A stretch of DNA of 64,000 nt from Auanema rhodensis (taxonomy: Eukaryota > Animalia > Nematoda): the NCBI GenBank assembly GCA_964057225.1, contig OZ059899.1, positions 3,720,001-3,784,000 of the forward strand, given 5' to 3'. Positions 56,001 to 64,000 of this stretch are shown here, piece by piece (the stretch's first letter is position 1; each line of letters starts with the position of its first letter). Position numbers and translations under genes: made by a program. The notes below the pieces were generated by a model. The model did not search any database. It was not told where the DNA came from and was given only the letters and a program-made list of their open reading frames with translations.

Positions 56001-59000
56001 GCAATGTTGAGTGTACATGGAAACTCAACATACACTAATGCATCATTTTTCAAACGATCATAACTAATTTTTGTATTAAGCGTTTCTCAATGTAGTATAG
56101 TGCATTCGATGCGGATTTTTAAGCTGCGTCGATCTGTGTTATCAGATTTGCGCTAGCTTAAAAATGCACCGAGATATCAACTGATATAAGTTCACACTTA
56201 TATCCTCGATTTTCACCCTGAAGAAATAATTTTTTCGTTGAATAACATTGTCCATCGTCTTTGCCTTGAAAAATGAAATCTTAAAACATCTACTTTTTGC
56301 TAAATTATTTTGAAATTTTTCGAAAAAATTTTTGTCAAAATGTTTTTGGAAGCAATGTTGAGTGTACATGGAAACTCAACATACACTAATGCATCATTTT
56401 TCAAACGATCATAACTAATTTTTGTATTAAGCGTTTCTCAATGTAGTATAGTGCATTCGATGCGGATTTTTAAGCTGCGTCGATCTGTGTTATCAGATTT
56501 GCGCTAGCTTGAAAATGCACCGAGATATCAACTGATATAAGTTCACACTTATATCCTCGATTTTCACCCTGAAGAATTAATTTTTTCGTTGAATAACATT
56601 GTCCATTGTCTTTGCCTTGAAAAATGAAATCTTAAAACATCTACTTTTTGCTAAATTATTTTGAAATTTTTCGAAAAAATTTTTGTCAAAATGTTTTTGG
56701 AAGCAATGTTGAGTGTACATGGAAACTCAACATACACTAATGCATCATTTTTCAAACGATCATAACTAATTTTTGTATTAAGCGTTTCTCAATGTAGTAT
56801 AGTGCATTCGATGCGGATTTTTAAGCTGCGTCGATCTGTGTTATCAGATTTGCGCTAGCTTAAAAATGCACCGAGATATCAACTGATATAAGTTCACACT
56901 TATATCCTCGATTTTCACCCTGAAGAAATAATTTTTTCGTTGAATAACATTGTCCATCGTCTTTGCCTTGAAAAATGGAATCTTAAAACATCTACTTTTT
57001 GCTAAATTATTTTGAAATTTTTCGAAAAAATTTTTGTCAAAATGTTTTTGGAAGCAATGTTGAGTGTACATGGAAACTCAACATACACTAATGCATCATT
57101 TTTCAAACGATCATAACTTATTTTTGTATCAAGCGTTTCTCAATGTAGTATAGTGCATTCGATGCGGATTTTTAAGCTGCGTCGATCTGTGTTATCAGAT
57201 TTGCGCTAGCTCAAAAATGCACCGAGATATCAACTGATATAAGTTTACACTTATATCCTCGATTTTCACCCTGAAGAATTAATTTTTTCGTTAAATAACA
57301 TTGTCCATCGTCTTTGCCTTGAAAAATGAAATCTAAAAACATCTACTTTTTGCTAAATTATTTTGAAATTTTTCGAAAAAATTGTTGTCAAAATGTTTTT
57401 GGAAGCAATGTTGAGTGTACATGGAAACTCAACATACACTAATGCATCATTTTTCAAACGATCAAAACTAATTTTTGTATTAAGCGTTTCTCAATGTAGT
57501 ATAGTGCATTCGATGCGGATTTTTAAGCTGCGTCGATCTGTGTTATCAGATTTGCGCTAGCTCAAAAATGCACCGAGATATCAACTGATATAAGTTCACA
57601 CTTATATCCTCGATTTTCACCCTGAAGAATTAATTTTTTCGTTGAATAACATTGTCCATCGTCTTTGTCTTGAAAAAAGGAATTTAAAAACATCTACTTT
57701 TTGCTAAATTATTCCGAAAATTTTCGAAAAAATTTTTGTCAAAATGTTTTTGGAAGCAATGTTGAGTGTACATGGAAACTCAACATACACTAATGCATCA
57801 TTTTTCAAACGATCATAACTAATTTTTGTATTAAGCGTTTCTCAATGTAGTATAATGCATTCGATGCGGATTTTTAAGCTGCGTCGATCTGTGTTATCAG
57901 ATTTGCGCTAGCTTAAAAATGCACCGAGATATCAACTGATATAAGTTCACACTTATATCCTCGATTTTCACCCTGAAGAATTAATTTTTTCGTTGAATAA
58001 CATTGTCCATCGTCTTTGCCTTGAAAAATGGAATCTTAAAACATCTACTTTTTGCTAAATTATTTTGAAATTTTTCGAAAAAATTTTTGTCAAAATGTTT
58101 TTGGAAGCAATGTTGAGTGTACATGGAAACTCAACATACACTAATGCATCATTTTTCAAACGATCATAACTAATTTTTGTATCAAGCGTTTCTTAATGTA
58201 GTATTGTGCATTCGATCCGGATTTTTAAGCTGCGTCGATCTGTGTTATCAGATTTGCGCTAGCTTAAAAATGCACCGAGATATCAACTGATATAAGTTCA
58301 CACTTATATCCTCGATTTTCACCCTGAAGAAATAATTTTTTCGTTGAATAACATTGTCCATCGTCTTTGCCTTGAAAAAAGGAATCTAAAAACATCTACT
58401 TTTTGCTAAATTATTTTGAAATTTTTCGAAAAAATGTTTGTCAAAATGTTTTTGGAAGCAATGTTGAGTGTACATGGAAACTCAACATACACTAATGCAT
58501 CATTTTTCAAACGATCATAACTAATTTTTGTATTAAGCGTTTCTCAATGTAGTATAGTGCATTCGATGCGGATTTTTAAGCTGCGTCGATCTGTGTTATC
58601 AGATTTGCGCTAGCTTAAAAATGCACCGAGATATCAACTGATATAAGTTCACACTTATATCCTCGATTTTCACCCTGAAGAAATAATTTTTTCGTTGAAT
58701 AACATTGTCCATCGTCTTTGCCTTGAAAAATGAAATCTTAAAACATCTACTTTTTGCTAAATTATTTTGAAATTTTTCGAAAAAATTTTTGTCAAAATGT
58801 TTTTGGAAGCAATGTTGAGTGTACATGGAAACTCAACATACACTAATGCATCATTTTTCAAACGATCATAACTAATTTTTGTATTAAGCGTTTCTCAATG
58901 TAGTATAGTGCATTCGATGCGGATTTTTAAGCTGCGTCGATCTGTGTTATCAGATTTGCGCTAGCTTGAAAATGCACCGAGATATCAACTGATATAAGTT

Positions 59001-59675
59001 CACACTTATATCCTCGATTTTCACCCTGAAGAATTAATTTTTTCGTTGAATAACATTGTCCATTGTCTTTGCCTTGAAAAATGAAATCTTAAAACATCTA
59101 CTTTTTGCTAAATTATTTTGAAATTTTTCGAAAAAATTTTTGTCAAAATGTTTTTGGAAGCAATGTTGAGTGTACATGGAAACTCAACATACACTAATGC
59201 ATCATTTTTCAAACGATCATAACTAATTTTTGTATTAAGCGTTTCTCAATGTAGTATAGTGCATTCGATGCGGATTTTTAAGCTGCGTCGATCTGTGTTA
59301 TCAGATTTGCGCTAGCTTAAAAATGCACCGAGATATCAACTGATATAAGTTCACACTTATATCCTCGATTTTCACCCTGAAGAAATAATTTTTTCGTTGA
59401 ATAACATTGTCCATCGTCTTTGCCTTGAAAAATGGAATCTTAAAACATCTACTTTTTGCTAAATTATTTTGAAATTTTTCGAAAAAATTTTTGTCAAAAT
59501 GTTTTTGGAAGCAATGTTGAGTGTACATGGAAACTCAACATACACTAATGCATCATTTTTCAAACGATCATAACTTATTTTTGTATCAAGCGTTTTTCAA
59601 TGTAGTATAGTGCATTCGATGCGGATTTTTAAGCTGCGTCGATCTGTGTTATCAGATTTGCGCTAGCTTAAAAAT
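52656..59675 (+). repeat. Hexamer then heptamer higher-order duplications (2106 and 2457 bp)
   Basis: Marker ORFs 52800/54906/57363 and 54036/56142/58599 are spaced 2106 then 2457 bp apart. Confidence 0.88.
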
Positions 59676-62600
59676 GCACCGAGATATCAACTGATATAAG
59701 TTCACACTTATATCCTCGATTTTCACCCTGAAGAAATAATTTTTTCGTTGAATAACATTGTCCATCGTCTTTGCCTTGAAAAATGGAATCTTAAAACATC
59801 TACTTTTTGCTAAATTATTTTGAAATTTTTCGAAAAAATTTTTGTCAAAATGTTTTTGGAAGCAATGTTGAGTGTACATGGAAACTCAACATACACTAAT
59901 GCATCATTTTTCAAACGATCATAACTTATTTTTGTATCAAGCGTTTTTCAATGTAGTATAGTGCATTCGATGCGGATTTTTAAGCTGCGTCGATCTGTGT
60001 TATCAGATTTGCGCTAGCTTAAAAATGCACCGAGATATCAACTGATATAAGTTCACACTTATATCCTCGATTTTCACCCTGAAGAATTAATTTTTTCGTT
60101 GAATAACATTGTCCATCGTCTTTGCCTTGAAAAATGGAATCTTAAAACATCTACTTTTTGCTAAATTATTTTGAAATTTTTCGAAAAAATTTTTGTCAAA
60201 ATGTTTTTGGAAGCAATGTTGAGTGTACATGGAAACTCAACATACACTAATGCATCATTTTTCAAACGATCATAACTAATTTTTGTATTAAGCGTTTCTC
60301 AATGTAGTATAGTGCATTCGATGCGGATTTTTAAGCTGCGTCGATCTGTGTTATCAGATTTGCGCTAGCTTAAAAATGCACCGAGATATCAACTGATATA
60401 AGTTCACACTTATATCCTCGATTTTCACCCTGAAGAATTAATTTTTTCGTTGAATAACATTGTCCATCGTCTTTGCCTTGAAAAATGGAATCTTAAAACA
60501 TCTACTTTTTGCTAAATTATTTTGAAATTTTTCGAAAAAATTTTTGTCAAAATGTTTTTGGAAGCAATGTTGAGTGTACATGGAAACTCAACATACACTA
60601 ATGCATCATTTTTCAAACGATCATAACTAATTTTTGTATTAAGCGTTTCTCAATGTAGTATAGTGCATTCGATGCGGATTTTTAAGCTGCGTCGATCTGT
60701 GTTATCAGATTTGCGCTAGCTTAAAAATGCACCGAGATATCAACTGATATAAGTTCACACTTATATCCTCGATTTTCACCCTGAAGAAATAATTTTTTCG
60801 TTGAATAACATTGTCCATCGTCTTTGCCTTGAAAAATGGAATCTTAAAACATCTACTTTTTGCTAAATTATTTTGAAATTTTTCGAAAAAATTTTTGTCA
60901 AAATGTTTTTGGAAGCAATGTTGAGTGTACATGGAAACTCAACATACACTAATGCATCATTTTTCAAACGATCATAACTTATTTTTGTATCAAGCGTTTT
61001 TCAATGTAGTATAGTGCATTCGATGCGGATTTTTAAGCTGCGTCGATCTGTGTTATCAGATTTGCGCTAGCTTAAAAATGCACCGAGATATCAACTGATA
61101 TAAGTTCACACTTATATCCTCGATTTTCACCCTGAAGAAATAATTTTTTCGTTGAATAACATTGTCCATCGTCTTTGCCTTGAAAAAAGGAATCTAAAAA
61201 CATCTACTTTTTGCTAAATTATTCCGAAAATTTTCGAAAAATTTTTTGTCAAAATGTTTTTGGAAGCAATGTTGAGTGTACATGGAAACTCAACATACAC
61301 TAATGCATCATTTTTCAAACGATCATAACTAATTTTTGTATTAAGCGTTTCTCAATGTAGTATAATGCATTCGATGCGGATTTTTAAGCTGCGTCGATCT
61401 GTGTTATCAGATTTGCGCTAGCTTAAAAATGCACCGAGATATCAACTGATATAAGTTCACACTTATATCCTCGATTTTCACCCTGAAGAATTAATTTTTT
61501 CGTTGAATAACATTGTCCATCGTCTTTGCCTTGAAAAATGGAATCTTAAAACATCTACTTTTTGCTAAATTATTTTGAAATTTTTCGAAAAAATTTTTGT
61601 CAAAATGTTTTTGGAAGCAATGTTGAGTGTACATGGAAACTCAACATACACTAATGCATCATTTTTCAAACGATCATAACTAATTTTTGTATTAAGCGTT
61701 TCTCAATGTAGTATAATGCATTCGATGCGGATTTTTAAGCTGCGTCGATCTGTGTTATCAGATTTGCGCTAGCTTAAAAATGCACCGAGATATCAACTGA
61801 TATAAGTTCACACTTATATCCTCGATTTTCACCCTGAAGAATTAATTTTTTCGTTGAATAACATTGTCCATCGTCTTTGCCTTGAAAAATGGAATCTTAA
61901 AACATCTACTTTTTGCTAAATTATTTTGAAATTTTTCGAAAAAATTTTTGTCAAAATGTTTTTGGAAGCAATGTTGAGTGTACATGGAAACTCAACATAC
62001 ACTAATGCATCATTTTTCAAACGATCATAACTAATTTTTGTATTAAGCGTTTCTCAATGTAGTATAGTGCATTCGATGCGGATTTTTAAGCTGCGTCGAT
62101 CTGTGTTATCAGATTTGCGCTAGCTTAAAAATGCACCGAGATATCAACTGATATAAGTTCACACTTATATCCTCGATTTTCACCCTGAAGAATTAATTTT
62201 TTCGTTGAATAACATTGTCCATCGTCTTTGCCTTGAAAAATGGAATCTTAAAACATCTACTTTTTGCTAAATTATTTTGAAATTTTTCGATAAAATTTTT
62301 GTCAAAATGTTTTTGGAAGCAATGTTGAGTGTACATGGAAACTCAACATACACTAATGCATCATTTTTCAAACGATCATAACTAATTTTTGTATCAAGCG
62401 TTTTTCAATGTAGTATAGTGCATTCGATGCGGATTTTTAAGCTGCGTCGATCTGTGTTATCAGATTTGCGCTAGCTTGAAAATGCACCGAGATATCAACT
62501 GATATAAGTTCACACTTATATCCTCGATTTTCACCCTGAAGAAATAGTTTTTTCGTTGAATAACATTGTCCATCATCTTTGCCTTGAAAAAAGGAATCTA

Positions 62601-64000
62601 AAAACATCTACTTTTTGCTAAATTATTTTGAAATTTTTCGATAAAATTTTTGTCAAAATGTTTTTGGAAGCAATGTTGAGTGTACATGGAAACTCAACAT
62701 ACACTAATGCATCATTTTTCAAACGATCATAACTAATTTTTGTATCAAGCGTTTTTCAATGTAGTATAGTGCATTCGATGCGGATTTTTAAGCTGCGTCG
62801 ATCTGTGTTATCAGATTTGCGCTAGCTTAAAAATGCACCGAGATATCAACTGATATAAGTTCACACTTATATCCTCGATTTTCACCCTGAAGAAATAATT
62901 TTTTCGTTGAATAACATTGTCCATCGTCTTTACCTTGAAAAAAGGAATCTAAAAACATCTACTTTTTGCTAAATTATTTTGAAATTTTTCGAAAAAATTT
63001 TTGTCAAAATGTTTTTGGAAGCAATGTTGAGTGTACATGGAAACTCAACATACACTATTGCATCATTTTTCAAACGATCATAACTAATTTTTGTATCAAG
63101 TGTTTCTTAATGTAGTATAGTGCATTCGATGCGGATTTTTAAGCTGCGTCGATCTGTGTTATCAGATTTGCGCTAGCTTGAAAATGCACCGAGATATCAA
63201 CTGATATAAGTTCACACTTATATCCTCGATTTTCACCCTGAAGAATTAATTTTTTCGTTGAATAACATTGTCCATTGTCTTTGCCTTGAAAAATGAAATC
63301 TTAAAACATCTACTTTTTGCTAAATTATTTTGAAATTTTTCGAAAAAATTTTTGTCAAAATGTTTTTGGAAGCAATGTTGAGTGTACATGGAAACTCAAC
63401 ATACACTAATGCATCATTTTTCAAACGATCATAACTAATTTTTGTATTAAGCGTTTCTCAATGTAGTATAGTGCATTCGATGCGGATTTTTAAGCTGCGT
63501 CGATCTGTGTTATCAGATTTGCGCTAGCTCAAAAATGCACCGAGATATCAACTGATATAAGTTTACACTTATATCCTCGATTTTCACCCTGAAGAATTAA
63601 TTTTTTCGTTAAATAACATTGTCCATCGTCTTTGCCTTGAAAAATGAAATCTAAAAACATCTACTTTTTGCTAAATTATTTTGAAATTTTTCGAAAAAAT
63701 TGTTGTCAAAATGTTTTTGGAAGCAATGTTGAGTGTACATGGAAACTCAACATACACTAATGCATCATTTTTCAAACGATCAAAACTAATTTTTGTATTA
63801 AGCGTTTCTCAATGTAGTATAGTGCATTCGATGCGGATTTTTAAGCTGCGTCGATCTGTGTTATCAGATTTGCGCTAGCTCAAAAATGCACCGAGATATC
63901 AACTGATATAAGTTCACACTTATATCCTCGATTTTCACCCTGAAGAATTAATTTTTTCGTTGAATAACATTGTCCATCGTCTTTGCCTTGAAAAAAGGAA

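Larger units (their letters stand above)
1..64000 (+). repeat. Satellite DNA array, 351-bp monomer, ~182.3 tandem copies (runs off both window ends)
   Basis: GCACCGAGATATCAACTG recurs at 1, 352, 703, 1054 ... 63888. ORF-track starts fit 328+351n with offsets of only 0, -1, +3 and +5. I saw no inversions or foreign sequence. Confidence 0.99.

Noticed and set aside
1-64000. CRISPR array or other repeat-spacer/cassette system
   Set aside because: There are no unique spacers. The sequence between hairpins is as conserved as the hairpins, and there are no cas, integrase or other genes.
1-64000. Array as an assembly artefact or synthetic concatemer
   Set aside because: Nested, position-dependent variant patterns and near-absence of random indels look like genuine satellite evolution. 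Individual duplications still need read-level confirmation.

Overview
The whole window is one uninterrupted, head-to-tail tandem array of a 351-bp AT-rich satellite monomer. By hand count it is about 69% AT with 12 CpG per monomer. There are 182 complete copies plus 113 bp, all in one orientation, and I found no genes, RNA genes, transposon insertions or unique sequence. Copies differ by only a few substitutions, and three small indels (-1 at ~9946, +4 at ~26361, +2 at ~40486) account for every phase shift. This looks like eukaryotic (peri)centromeric or heterochromatic satellite DNA. I cannot name the species or the satellite family. The ORFs in the track are by-products of the repeat. The information lies in four things: (i) four dyad symmetries inside the monomer; (ii) variants that preserve or perfect those dyads, including an A24T+T33A compensatory pair and a new CGAAAATTTTCG palindrome; (iii) short-lived local higher-order repeats of 2-8 monomers; and (iv) a 7-monomer divergent island at 25.3-27.7 kb bracketed by a ~2.4-kb direct duplication. 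Monomer positions are numbered from base 1 of the window (GCACCGAG...). All variant calls were read by eye.
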